Shown: piece after piece, positions 22,234-34,463 of the stretch | Numbering within the stretch: position 1 is the stretch's first letter | Layout of the letters: every line of letters starts with the position of its first letter | Assembly: GCA_034226945.1 (NCBI GenBank) | Contig: CP120453.1 | Coordinates: forward strand, 1,364,001-1,428,000 | Reading direction: 5' to 3' | From: Picochlorum sp. SENEW3 | Taxonomy: Eukaryota | DNA: 64,000 bases | Notes under the pieces: generated by a model | Told to the model about the DNA's origin: nothing | The model's input: only the letters and a program-made list of their open reading frames with translations | The model's database searches: none | Position numbers and translations under genes: made by a program

Positions 22234-23415
22234 CTAGTTGTTCTTGGCCTTCCAGTTGGCAATCCATTCAGCAGCTTCCTTGGCATTATCAGCCTTGGCG
22301 TCGGTGCTCTCAGCAGCGCCAGCTGTTTCTTCTGCTTTCTGGGCTGCTGGTGCAACCTCGCCCATCTCCGTGTCAGAGTCGTCCACAATAGCAGCTGCAA
22401 TCTTATTCAAGTCAGTTCCAATTTCCTTCACGGCAACCTTTTCGTCCACAATCTCCTTGATATCATCCATCGTCTTCTTTCTGGAATCAGCGAACAACAA
22501 GTTCACAAAGAAATTTCCAGCCGCAACAAGACCAGCCACTTCCAGCAGCACCTCTGCCTCATTCACCAAGAAGAAGCCAGCTCCTGCCAATGCTCCAAGA
22601 GCAATACCAGCCTTGTTCAACGTTGGGGCTTCCTGGAAGTCCTCAGCAAGCGTATTCAAAGACGATCCTACTCCCTTCAAGTCTGGAAGCGACAAAGAAA
22701 GACCCTTTCCTGGCTCCTTCCATGCTCCGTATGCAGCCCAGGACTCAGCTCCTCCCTGCACAATGTACACCTTGTCCACACCCTCAATCATCCCCGCGGC
22801 TTCCTTGCTCTCACTTCCATCAGCATCGAGAAGAATAATGATAGACTCTTCATCCACGCCCTTCACCTTGGCCACCTTCTCGCCAAAGTTCTCATCAACC
22901 ATATATTCACCCTTCACCAAGGAGGTGAATGGAACAGACACCGCACTGCGCTTGATTGACTTCAAATCCGGCTTACCCTGGGCTTTAATCTCCGCTTTAC
23001 TCCTAATATCTACAAGAATAACTCTGGCATCACCCTCCAAGGCCTCCATAGCTTTGGCTGGGTTTGTCAACTTGACACCACCTGCTCCTCCAGAGCTAAC
23101 CTTGACAATCACATTGATCGCCACTGGAACAGCCAAAAGCAACCCAATTCCGCCAATCAACAATGGATTATCGGCGATAATATCCCCGAAACCTCCATCC
23201 GTTGCTGCAGACACGGTTGATTCGGGAATTGTCACTTGTGGAGGAGAGAATGTTACTTCCTCTGCAGAAACAACCGTTGCAGCCAGACCCTGACTGATAA
23301 CAGCAGTGGTCAAATTCTTAATCAACTGAACCTTCTGCTGGACACCAGTCTGCTCTCTACGAGCCTTGCAAGCAACGTTGGTCCCACTCACACGAGCAGC
23401 GACGACCGGGGCCAT
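22234..23415 (-). CDS. Chloroplast thylakoid rhodanese-like protein (STR4/TROL-related)
   Basis: Transit peptide, TM segment, rhodanese-fold motifs LVDIR...G.PDL and V.GGAE.W, second TM pair. Confidence 0.75.
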   Translation of the reverse strand: MAPVVAARVSGTNVACKARREQTGVQQKVQLIKNLTTAVISQGLAATVVSAEEVTFSPPQVTIPESTVSAATDGGFGDIIADNPLLIGGIGLLLAVPVAINVIVKVSSGGAGGVKLTNPAKAMEALEGDARVILVDIRSKAEIKAQGKPDLKSIKRSAVSVPFTSLVKGEYMVDENFGEKVAKVKGVDEESIIILLDADGSESKEAAGMIEGVDKVYIVQGGAESWAAYGAWKEPGKGLSLSLPDLKGVGSSLNTLAEDFQEAPTLNKAGIALGALAGAGFFLVNEAEVLLEVAGLVAAGNFFVNLLFADSRKKTMDDIKEIVDEKVAVKEIGTDLNKIAAAIVDDSDTEMGEVAPAAQKAEETAGAAESTDAKADNAKEAAEWIANWKAKNN

Positions 23416-23774
23416 TTTCCTTCTGATGAATACAAGACACACAGATGATGAATGATTCTAAATAGTTTGATTATGATCTGATTGCTTTTGCTGAGAATGT
23501 ATCGCATATGACAGTGCTTTTGGACCTATGCTATCCTGATGAGATCCTCATCTCATCTCTGACGCCGTCTCTGTCCATGTCCTCCTATCAATGGAAGTAT
23601 TTGATGGGAAAGAGATGCAGATATTACTCTGGGTACTGGGACCGTCTCAGCTATATTGGGTCTGTGGGGAAGGAAATTACTTGTACACGTATTCAATGTG
23701 ATGCGGGGAGAAAAAAAGAATGGTCCATATGACAGCAGGAGGGTGATTTGAGGAGACGTACCAGTACAGTCAGC

Positions 23775-24804
23775 ATGGTGGTCCTGCAGGGAGGACTGGT
23801 GCACCAGGACAAGCATTTACTGATTCTAGGTATGGTACCCTGTGCTCATGAATCAATATTTGATCACAGTGGTGTGACTGATGAATTAATGAATTTCTTA
23901 TCGGGTTTGTTGCATTACAACAACAGGGTTGGGATATAGTGGAGTGGGAGTAGCCAATTACTTTTCTCAGAAACAGGGTTGGAAGGTGACTGGTACAACA
24001 CGACGGGACATCGATGCATTTCATGCCTCACATCTGCCATTGCATGACACGGTTGATATCATGCCATGTGTTGATTTTGGTGGACAGATGGGGAGGCTGA
24101 AGCCAGGTTCTCCTCCCATGGTGACTCACATTCTATCCACTATTCCACCACCAAACGTTGATTCAGAATGCTCTGTGGATCCGGTGATACAGAGTATCAA
24201 GGAATCCATGGATACGAATGACCTGTCTAGAGTGCAGTGGATGGGGTATCTGAGTACAACCAGACTCTATGGAGACCATCAGGGAGCACCCGTGTGGGAA
24301 GATTCTGAGCTGCGAGACGCGGCATCGCAGCATCGGTATAGAGCCGAGCGGGAATGGTTGGAAAACTTTTCTCAAACCCATATTTTTCGATGCGGTGGCA
24401 TCTATGGCCCATATAGGAGTGTGATTGAGAGTCTCGTGCAGTCAGGAGGCAGCACAGCACGGTTACGACCAAGCCAGAGAGCTCGGCGAAGGCGATCAAA
24501 GGTTGCTCGGTGCCACGTGTATGATATTTGCAATGTTATTGAAAAGAGCATCATGTATCCCCATCCTGGATCTGTATACAATATTGTTGATGATGATCCT
24601 GCACCTCGATGGCAGGTGGAGGCATATGCTGCATCTCTGTTGGACTACCATGTACCCCCTCAAGAGACGGATATGGAGCCTCCCGACAAGATTGTCATGA
24701 ACGATCGAATCAAGAAAGAATTGCATGTCGACCTCGTATTTCCTTCCTATAGAGAAGGTTTGGATGCTATTGTTGCTGGAGACATGAGGCCATTTTACTT
24801 GTAA
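23775..24804 (+). CDS. Atypical SDR / NAD(P)-binding epimerase (YeeZ-like); exons 23775..23829 and 23927..24804
   Basis: Splicing restores LLILGLGYSG; YLSTT.LYGD.QGA.V.E, R.GGIYGP and YNIVDD.P motifs. 5' end uncertain. Confidence 0.82.
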
Positions 24805-24821
24805 AAACAGTTACACATGTG

Positions 24822-25455
24822 TCACGTTTCTAACGAATCTAACTCTTTTATTCTTTGTAATATAACCTTTTTACTCGTCTCTTGCACCTCTCCTCCGATG
24901 ATAAATTCATCCAGAATGCAATACGCTCGGTGAAAACCAAACACTAAATCCAACTCGCACACATTTCCAAAGTAATGGTCTAAAATCTGCACGCACATAT
25001 AAACGTGTTAATACATGGAGAGATCGATGGTACATTGTGCGACAATGATACCAATGATGATGATGATGATGCGCAACAAGGGAAGGCGTGTATAGCCAAA
25101 AAAACACACATACCTCTACAAACAAGTGAATGCTTTCCAGGTACAACAGCTCATTGTCTGTCACGTCAATCGCAAATATAAAGAATAGTCCGGCATAGCG
25201 TCTAAACACAAGCTTAAAACTCTTATACTGCACACCAATCATGAATGATGTAGAAATACGTGGAAGATGGGGCAAATTCTTCTCCTGTGTAGCAACACAC
25301 ACCTCGACAAAATTGGTAAACGTCGCATCCCGCTGCATAAAGATCCTATGAATCTCATTTTCCATTTTAATCTTTTCATCATCAGCAAAAGGATGGTAAT
25401 ATTTCGACAACCGAGTTTTTCCGCTCTTGTTTTGAAGAAGGAAGAAACGAATCAT
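24822..25455 (-). CDS. AP2S: AP-2 adaptor complex sigma subunit; exons 25455..25303, 25227..25114 and 24986..24822
   Basis: [42 protein letters not shown] and [16 protein letters not shown] motifs; two phase-0 introns. Confidence 0.92.
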
Positions 25456-26069
25456 CGTTCATCTATCAACTATTGGCGCTGTGCTCCTACGTAAATACTG
25501 CTGTATATGAATAAATCTTCATGAGATTTGGATAGAGCTGATTACGTTGGTTTTTTTTAGTCAATTTTGAGCCATGGCTGTTCTATACTGTTCCATCTTA
25601 CTTAATGTCTTATTTACGGCAAGAAAGGGTGACTGTACACCAACACGTCCAGTCTTCGGGTGAAGAAAAAAGAAATTACATCCATCGTTCAAACGAATAT
25701 AGTAGGAATAATGCATTGTGGCAAAATTCAAGAGTCTATGAAATGGAGACCCAGATGGCTAAGAAAAAACACAAGCACGGTAGGACATGGCAGCGAACAT
25801 GGCACATTCATTCATCTTCTGGTGAATACAGCCATGGCTGGACGTGTCCTGGCACAATATATGAATAGTAAGGATACCTCTCTCTTCTCTCTAGTATATG
25901 CAGCAAACAGTATATTTCTTTAATGGTTGATGGTGTTGATCGAAACAGACAATACATTCTTCTTTCCATGGAATTTGTTCTTCAAAAAGAACAACTCCCT
26001 TAGAGGACATGGCCCATCATAGTATTTGTGTATAGTACAGACTACAGCTTTGAGTCCATTTAGAAGGAA

Positions 26070-26987
26070 TTAAAACTGGAATGATGCCAAAACATCGTCG
26101 TCGCAGAGAGAATCCATGGCAGATTTGGATTCCAGCAACTGCTGGCTTGCAGTGCGCCCATTGGAGAGCAGGGCTCCTCCTGACAAATGCTCAAGCATGG
26201 AGCCGCCGCCACCTTGCATACCAGATGAGAAAGAATCAAAGATGTATGACTCATCGAAAGGACTGTATGTCAGAGGATTGTCATTCTGATCATCAAACAC
26301 TGATTCTGGGCAGAGGTCATCCACAGGCTGCACAGGGTCAAACAAACTTGGTTCATGGAGTGCGGTCGGCGAATTCGGTGCCATCTTCTGAGATCCCATC
26401 TGCGGAGTCATGGGAAGCTGATTTTCTCCGGAAGGGTACATTCTCTTCTTAATCTTGAGGAGCGGCTTGTTCTGAACAGACAGCTTGAAGTTCATTGGCT
26501 TTCCACTGTGAGTGCTCCTGTGTGGATCGACATGCACCCCATATCCCTTCGAATAATTCCTCAAGCACGCGATAATATCTTCTTTATGGACCATTGGGAG
26601 CAAGGGAGTCAACTCTGCGTAATCACCGCCATCAAAGTTGAGGGCTTCACACGAAGGCCCTTTGCACTTGAGAGCCATGATATCGTGGCTTCTTGCAGCC
26701 AACAACTCTGACTCAAATCCCCCAAGGTATATCTGTTTCTTACTCTCCCAAATATGCGCTTCGTATCTCTGCGTCCTCTTGTGCTTTGTCACACCCCTAA
26801 ATTTCTTCAATCCCCTCATCCTCAAAATATCTGCCGCCACATGGCCCACCATTTCCTTCTTCAATGTCTCCGAAAACATCGCTTCAACGATGCCCTGGAA
26901 CTTTTCAAATGCAGTTGTAGTATCACCAATCATCTCGCTCTGAGACTCCATCATATTCCCAAACGCAGACAAGCTCTCCCACGTCAT
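26070..26987 (-). CDS. AP2-domain transcription factor with a single AP2 repeat (ANT/WRI-like); 5' exon structure unresolved
   Basis: FRGVTKHKRTQRYEAHIW...KQIYLGGF..E..AAR.HD..ALK..G...LNF. Confidence 0.85.
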   Translation of the reverse strand: MTWESLSAFGNMMESQSEMIGDTTTAFEKFQGIVEAMFSETLKKEMVGHVAADILRMRGLKKFRGVTKHKRTQRYEAHIWESKKQIYLGGFESELLAARSHDIMALKCKGPSCEALNFDGGDYAELTPLLPMVHKEDIIACLRNYSKGYGVHVDPHRSTHSGKPMNFKLSVQNKPLLKIKKRMYPSGENQLPMTPQMGSQKMAPNSPTALHEPSLFDPVQPVDDLCPESVFDDQNDNPLTYSPFDESYIFDSFSSGMQGGGGSMLEHLSGGALLSNGRTASQQLLESKSAMDSLCDDDVLASFQF

Positions 26988-27936
26988 GGGTACAGAAGCG
27001 TACACACACAAGTGTCTTGAAATAATATTGTAGACTTTACCACTCGTCGAGTATCTTCTCCAAATCTAGAAACAGAATCGACTCTGTACTGATTGGTGGT
27101 GTATTGTTGATATCCCTGCACAACACTCGAAAGTCAGAATCCCATGAACAGGAAGGAGTGACGTGTCTTCCCACCAACACCCGCCCACAAACGGTTGCAC
27201 CACACATCGTAGTATACCCAAACCGCCCCAAAACCACATATAATAGTCTATGTATGTATTATATTAATATTCTATGTCCAACCCAACCCAAGCATGACCA
27301 TGGCAACGCGGAGTCGGTCGATTCGAATCGAATCGAATCGAACAATCCACACACTGCTCTCACCAACCCTACCACGACAGAGCCACACAAACGGTATATA
27401 TTCGTATTACCAACGTACTTTTTCAGAAATGAAACGAAATAGCACCTATGAAAATGAAATGAATCTTTTTCGACTGGATTTTGCGGACACGGTTGCTACT
27501 CTACCACGGTAGTACCGACACCATCATTATGTTACAACTATGTACCGTCAGAGGATGCGCTTGACCGAAGCATAGTCTGTAGCCACATCAGACCTGTGCT
27601 GAGTCGAATCTGGACAAAGGGCGCCTAATTTTGCGGTGGACAGGAAGCACCCCTAGAATGTGCCTTGGGACCCAACAGAAAGACAGTAAGGAGCTCTACA
27701 ATCACATATGACAAGCATAATACTGCATATATGTGACCAATAGGACCAAATCTATCACGAATGGGCATATTTTGAATGGAAAACATAGTGTCCCATCCAA
27801 GAGGATGTTTGATGGGGAGATTGACAGGGTGACAGATGGATGTGATCCCTCATGGCTCATGGGTACTCCATGGAGAACAAGGCGACTGCATGGGTACAAT
27901 ATTTCTTAGTTTGTTGTAGAATCGTCGTTTTATTCC

Positions 27937-27945
27937 TATATAAAA
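27937..27945 (+). promoter_or_regulatory. TATA box upstream of eEF2
   Basis: TATATAAAA about 75 bp upstream of the eEF2 ATG. Confidence 0.5.
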
Positions 27946-28019
27946 CAGTCGAATCGATTCGCATCGCATATCGTTGACACGCATCGTAATAATTTCCGGG
28001 TGCATACACAAACGGCAAG

Positions 28020-30886
28020 ATGGTCAAGTTTACGATTGATGAGATCCGGTACGTGATTAGTTCAAGCTATTTTGATAGAGCATGGGGACTGCAATGGATC
28101 ATACGCGGAGGCTCGGTAGGCGGGATTGGCGCATGAGATGCCGTTGGTCGAGGTGCTCGGGAGCGTATGAGGGGGTTACACGCGTACGAATGGTTCCATA
28201 TATTGATTATTTCTATAATATGGTCTTGGGTACTGCGGGGCGTTGGGAAAGAATGGGTATTGAGGAGGAATCCGTAGAGTGCCGCCGACGGCGGTCACTC
28301 TTGGTGGCTTCTGGTGGTTCTACAGTCGATCGCATGCTTGATCACGGTGTGGACTGATATGATGTTTGTGAATGCAGTGCTCTCATGGACAAGAAGGATA
28401 ATATCCGTAATATGTCCGTGATTGCTCACGTTGATCACGGAAAGTCCACATTGACGGATTCTCTTGTTGCTGCTGCTGGAATTATTGCCGTGGAGTCTGC
28501 TGGTGATCAGCGTTTGACTGATACTCGTGCTGATGAGCAGGAGCGTGGTATTACCATCAAGTCTACTGGTATTTCTCTGTACTATGTTATGGAGGAGGAG
28601 AAGCTCGATGGTTTCACAAAGAATCGCGATGGAAACCATTTCTTGGTCAACTTGATTGATTCTCCAGGGCACGTCGATTTCTCCTCAGAAGTGACTGCTG
28701 CTCTTCGTATTACTGATGGAGCTCTCGTTGTCGTCGATTGCATTGAGGGAGTGTGCGTGCAGACCGAGACTGTGTTGCGTCAGGCTCTTGGTGAGCGTAT
28801 CAAGCCAGTGTTGACCATCAACAAGATTGATCGTTGCTTCTTGGAATTGATGCTCGACCCAGAGGATGCTTTTATGTCTTTCAGACGTGTGATTGAGAAC
28901 GCCAATGTTGTCATGGCTACCTATGCTGACGAGGCTCTCGGAGACACTCAGGTGTACCCAGAGGCTGGAACTGTATGCTTCTCTGCTGGTCTTCACGGAT
29001 GGGGATTCACTTTGACTGTGTTCGCTGACTTGTACGCGAAGAAGTTCGGAACGGACAGAAAGAAGATGATGGACAAGCTTTGGGGAGATAACTTCTTCGA
29101 TCCAACAACCAAGAAGTGGACGAAGAAGCACACTGGAGCTGCCACCTGCAAGCGTGGTTTCTGCCAATTCATTTATGAGCCAATCCGTACTGTGATTGAT
29201 GCTGCCATGAATGATGAGAAGGATAAGCTCTTCTCACTTTTGGAGAAGCTTGAGGTACTCAAGCTTCTCAAGCCAGAGGACAAGGAATTGATGGGAAAGC
29301 CATTGATGAAGCGTGTTATGCAGTCCTGGCTCCCAGCCCATGCTGCCCTGTTGGAAATGATGATCTGGCACTTGCCATCCCCAGCTATGGCACAAAAGTA
29401 TCGTGTTGATGTGTTGTATGAGGGACCTCTTGATGATGTGTATGCCACTGGTATCAGAAACTGTGACCCAGATGGTCCAATGATGATGTACATCTCCAAG
29501 ATGATTCCAGCCTCCGATAAGGGACGTTTCTATGCCTTCGGACGTGTGTTCTCTGGAAAGATCTCCACTGGACGTAAGGTTCGTATTATGGGACCAAACT
29601 ATGTCCCAGGATCCAAGAAGGATCTTTTCATCAAGACAGTGCAGCGTACAGTACTTTGCATGGGTCGCAGACAGGATGCTGTCGAGGATGTGCCATGCGG
29701 AAACACAGTGGCTCTTGTCGGTTTGGATCAGTTCATTACCAAGAATGCTACACTTGCTGAGGAGAAGTCAGATGATGCTCACACCATCAAGGCAATGAAG
29801 TTCTCTGTGTCCCCAGTCGTGCGTGTTGCTGTTGAGCCAAAGCAGGCCTCAGATCTTCCAAAGTTGGTCGAAGGTTTGAAGAGATTGGCCAAGTCTGATC
29901 CTATGGTTCAGTGCCAGATTGAGGAGACTGGTGAGCATATTATTGCAGGAGCTGGTGAGCTTCACTTGGAGATTTGCCTCAAGGATCTCCAGGAGGACTT
30001 TATGGGAGGAGCTCAGATTAGAGTGTCCCCACCAGTTGTGTCTTTCCGTGAGACAGTGAACGCCACATCTGACCACGTTGTCATGTCCAAGTCGCCAAAC
30101 AAGCATAACCGTATCTATCTCCAGGCTCGTCCAATGGAGGAAGGTCTTGCAGAGGCTATTGACGAAGGAAAGATTGGTCCACGTGATGATCCAAAGGTTC
30201 GTGGAAAGATCATGTCTGAGGAATTCGGTTGGGATAAGGATATGGCCAAGAAGATTTGGTGCTTCGGTCCTGACACCACCGGTCCAAACTTGATGAGTGA
30301 TATTGCCAAGGGAGTTCAGTACCTCAATGAGATCAAGGACTCTTGCGTTGCTGCCTTCCAGTGGGCCACTAAGGAGGGTGTGTTGGCCGAAGAAAACATG
30401 AGAGGAGCAATCTTTGAGATTTGCGATGTGGTTCTCCATGCTGATGCCATCCATCGTGGAGGAGGTCAGATCATCCCAACATGCCGCCGTGCCATGTATG
30501 CTGCCCAGCTCACAGCCGAGCCAAAGATTATGGAACCAGTGTACCTCGTGGAAATCCAGTGCCCAGAGCAGGCAATTGGAGGAGTGTACAATGTGCTTAA
30601 CCAGAAGCGTGGAGAAGTGTTCGAGTCCATCCAGCGTCCAGGAACACCAATTTTCAACTTGAAGGCATACTTGCCAGTCATTGAGTCATTCGGTTTCGAT
30701 TCTCAGTTACGTGCACAAACTGCTGGACAGGCTTTCCCACAGTGCGTGTTCGATCATTGGGAGCTCATGACTGCCAATCCTCTCGAGGAGGGATCCCAGG
30801 CCAATGAGATTATTTTGGATATTCGTAAGAGAAAGGGTCTCAAGGAGAATCCATCCCCTGTCAATGAGTACGAAGACAAGCTCTAA
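28020..30886 (+). CDS. EEF2: Eukaryotic translation elongation factor 2; exons 28020..28048 and 28378..30886
   Basis: [42 protein letters not shown], diphthamide loop [15 protein letters not shown]. Intron 28049..28377. Confidence 0.98.
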
Positions 30887-30958
30887 ATTTGGCAATTATA
30901 TTTTTGTTTGCACAGAATGTAAATGCAAATTATCCTTACACCTTAAACTAAATATGGT

Positions 30959-31753
30959 TCAACTCTTTTCCTTCTTCTTCTTCTCTTTCTTCTTTTTCTT
31001 CTCCTTCTTTTCTTTCTTCTTTTTCTCGCCCTTGAGCCGCTTTTCTGACACCACAGACTCAACAACATCACTACCTCGCCGCTTCTTGCTCCCCACCACA
31101 GCACTACCATACTTTTTGACAAACTCTACATTCCCAGTGCCACCAACTCCCGCTGGCAAAGAACCTACTATCGTAACATAACCTCCCCCATGCTTGTCCA
31201 CCCTCTCAACAAGAAATCGCACCCTATCCCCAACCGATATACTATGCTCGTTGCTACTCTGACTCTTCCAGCACTGCCCAAACACCGAATAGGTAAAGTC
31301 TGGACGAATACTCCCTATTTGTATCACACAGTTGAGATAATCGAATGCCAAAAGTCCAATAAACGTATCAGACATCTCCGTCACCTTGCCCACCAACAGC
31401 ATACCAGGCCTTGGCCTCAGCAGTGTCATGGACACAGAAACAGGCACATGACACAATGGAAAATACGGACTCACAGCCCCAGTCTTTGACAATCGCTTCA
31501 CATCAGAGTATGCTACAGGAATGCCGTCTAAGTTCTCGTTATACCGCAGTAACAGAGAATTAATATGTTCTTCAACCCCAAGGTGAACGTCCAACAACGA
31601 TGAAGGATGCAAGTGGATGTGAAGGAGCGCCCGTGTTTTCTCAATTGGAGATGCATCTAAAATTGATGGATTCTTTCCTCCACTGCCGCTAGCACTGCCC
31701 TGCCGCTGTCCTCCACCGTGCTTGCTCATGGCATGAGAATCTACCAAGGCCAT
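30959..31753 (-). CDS. RPA43: RNA polymerase I subunit RPA43-like (Rpb7 family) with Lys-rich tail
   Basis: LHPS.L, LLRY...LDGIPVAY, L.P.PG..L.GKV, IGLL...N..I and an S1/OB fold; poly-K/E C-terminus. Confidence 0.72.
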   Translation of the reverse strand: MALVDSHAMSKHGGGQRQGSASGSGGKNPSILDASPIEKTRALLHIHLHPSSLLDVHLGVEEHINSLLLRYNENLDGIPVAYSDVKRLSKTGAVSPYFPLCHVPVSVSMTLLRPRPGMLLVGKVTEMSDTFIGLLAFDYLNCVIQIGSIRPDFTYSVFGQCWKSQSSNEHSISVGDRVRFLVERVDKHGGGYVTIVGSLPAGVGGTGNVEFVKKYGSAVVGSKKRRGSDVVESVVSEKRLKGEKKKKEKKEKKKKKEKKKKEKS

Positions 31754-31962
31754 GATCCCATCTCTCACACGTGTAAACACTGATATATTGATTAATTATG
31801 GGAGAATGTTCAAGTTTAAGGGCATATAGATGGATGATGGCGCCACATAATGGCATGCATGCATCACCCCATCCCTGAGATTGGGCATCTGATGTCTGTT
31901 GCCGAAAATTCCTCCCGAATAATCAAAATTAAGTAAAACCCACTTCCATTTGATTGATAAAT

Positions 31963-32298
31963 ATGGCAGAAGAGAGTGCTCCGGTGTCTATTGGGTACAA
32001 GACATTTGCAAACGATGACGAATGCCGGGCGTATTTCAGGCATATTCTGACGAGTTACAGGCGGCATCAGGATTTAAATGATTATGAGAAGCATAATGTG
32101 ATAGATTTGATTGAGAAGGGGCATCCTCAGGCGGAGAGAAAGATGAGTGGGGGTGTCAAGGCTATTCAGGTTCGCGAGAAGCGAGTGGACGGGCGTTCGT
32201 CGAAATGCTTTCATTTGATTCGGGATAATGGGGATTTAGAGGATGTGTCCTATGTTAAATGTGTAGAGAATTTGTTTGGTGTAGCAAAATCTTCCTAA
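31963..32298 (+). CDS. DCL/DeCL-family protein (DUF3223)
   Basis: GHP.A..K...GV.AIQV...SKCF.LIR..G..EDVSY.KC motif. Confidence 0.85.
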   Translation: MAEESAPVSIGYKTFANDDECRAYFRHILTSYRRHQDLNDYEKHNVIDLIEKGHPQAERKMSGGVKAIQVREKRVDGRSSKCFHLIRDNGDLEDVSYVKCVENLFGVAKSS

Positions 32299-32506
32299 TG
32301 TAAGACATGGTAGATCCATGCCCAGCAATGGAGCTGGTTTTGTTTCAACTGTTGAGAAGACTCAAGTCTTCTTCTTCTTGTTGTTGTCATAAAAGATACA
32401 GACTTGTTATGCAATGCGTGAAATGCATCCACTATACTATATATATACACTACCTGCATCAAAAAATTCGTAAAAAGACATAAATATCAACAAGATGTGG
32501 ACTCTG

Positions 32507-34119
32507 TCACGCAAATTCCCACAGTCTCACAGAGTGATCCCACCCTGTGGTCATGAGAGTATCTTCGTGCATCATTGCACGGCATACACGGTCCTCATGC
32601 TGTCCAATTGTGTATAATCGTTTCATCATTCGACAATCGAGGACATATACTGATTTGTCCATCGAACCCACCGCCATGTGCCACCCGTTGCCACGCAAGG
32701 CGACACCGGTGACTGGATAAATATTCCCTGGGCCATGCGCTGAGACATTAATCTGCCCCACCGATGTCCCGGTTCGTGTGTCCCACTTCCTACAGAATCC
32801 ATCTGTCGAGGTCGACATGGCTACGTTGAGAAACGGGTCTAGAGGCTTCACATTCCAGATCCATCCAGAATGGCCCTCCATCCTGGATGTGATGACGTTA
32901 TGCTGCATATCCCACACCTTGACTCGCATGTCATTTCCTCCAGTGATCATGACATCACATGCTTCGGACATTGTTAGAGCAGCGACAGGTTTGCGCTTGA
33001 CTCTGCTAGTCGTATTATTCTCCGTCACAAGGAGTTCAACATCATCGTACAGTTCTGCACTAGGACTCAATGTGGCCTCCTTACCTTGATTGGCTTCTTC
33101 TCCGTCTTCTTCGACATTTATAGAGCAATTTGTAATCCACTCGGGCAATGAGTACAATCGCACTGCACCATCCAGAGACGGGATTGCCAATATTCGGGAG
33201 TTCTTATCCACAAATGTCTTGGCACACGGTGCCTCTTGCCCCAAGCATTCCAAGACGGGGTAAAAGCTGTACGTCGAACCTCCAGAATTCACATCATTCT
33301 TTACAGAAAATGATCTTTGTAGACAGTCCTCGTCTTCCTCTCGCTCTCGTTTGCCACTACTGCTACTAGGTCGCTCATCCATTGATTCCTCATGCACGAC
33401 CTCTCTTGCTCTCACAATATGCACTCCCGACTCAAAAGTTGTGCACGCAATTTGCGGTGTCCCATAGAGTTGATATAAACTCAAAATCCCCGATTTTGTC
33501 ACTTCCTCCTTCGTGTCAACTTGAACAGACGTTGACCTGTCCTCCAATGAATTCGCTACTTTTGAAGGTGTCGTCCCTCTGGACGGCAACCACATCTTGA
33601 TCTCACCTCGAGACGACGTATCCAAGTATGCTCCAGTAACAATAGTTCCAGGCCGGAACGGTGCATCCAAAAATGTCGCAGCATACACCGTCCCAGCATG
33701 ACCATTGAGTACTACAGCCTCTTTACTCAGCTTCCCAGTCCGCCAACAATACTCTCGATGTGCCCGGTCCATATACTCCGAGTACCATGCCACTCGTTTA
33801 TTCCTTCTTTGTTTCCGGCTCGTCACGCGCTGCGCATAGTACGGGAAATCGTTTCGGAATGACGACCTGCAGTACAATAATAATCAACATGTAAGAGCAC
33901 ACGCAACAAAGCAGGACTGTCACACACTCTACCATACAGCACAGACAACACGTACTCCCAAACAGAATCATTCTTCACAATCTCCCTGAACGATTTGCTC
34001 GCCAACTGCACGTTCACCAATGTAGTAGCATCCAAGTATCCAAACACCTTGGCCAAAGCTGCTCGGTCCCACTGGAGCTCACGAGGATGGGATTCCGCTG
34101 AGCTTGAAATTGTATTCAT
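32507..34119 (-). CDS. F-box/WD40-repeat protein; exons 34119..33956 and 33866..32507
   Basis: F-box-like LAKVFGYLD...L.NV.LASK.F; GH...WD repeats; intron 33955..33867 in phase. Confidence 0.82.
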
Positions 34120-34463
34120 GGTACTCTTATGGGAAAATTTGTATCACTTAAACAAACATAACAGGGATAGTTCTGCCCGAAGAGTGGACGGTTGTCGAAT
34201 AAACTAGTTGGTCGACACTATATAAGGGTACAGACCCCCTTAGCTCCGTTCATATCTGTGTTGCAGAACTAGTCTGACATTTATAAACAATACATTTGAA
34301 AAGATGGAATAGTAACATCTATGTAGTGTGATGTCAAAATCATCTCGGATTCGTGAACGACAGAATTATCGCCTTGTTTATTGTGTCTTTTAAGGAGAGC
34401 CTGAGATGATCTCAAATCGATCATTGTCGGCTGATTTGTTATCAATGTTGATACGGTTCACGT

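Noticed and set aside
22238..23293. 351-aa ORF on the + strand
   Set aside because: Antisense shadow of the rhodanese-like gene; Ser/Ala/Pro-rich with no motifs.
25500..26060. 87-aa ORFs between AP-2 sigma and the AP2 factor
   Set aside because: No recognisable features; probably UTR or intergenic.
27318..27342. Short (GAATC)n run upstream of the AP2 factor
   Set aside because: Too short to distinguish from a simple microsatellite.
28049..28377. Long eEF2 first intron as a snoRNA host
   Set aside because: A CTGA is present but there is no convincing C box or rRNA guide; an Infernal/snoscan search would be needed.
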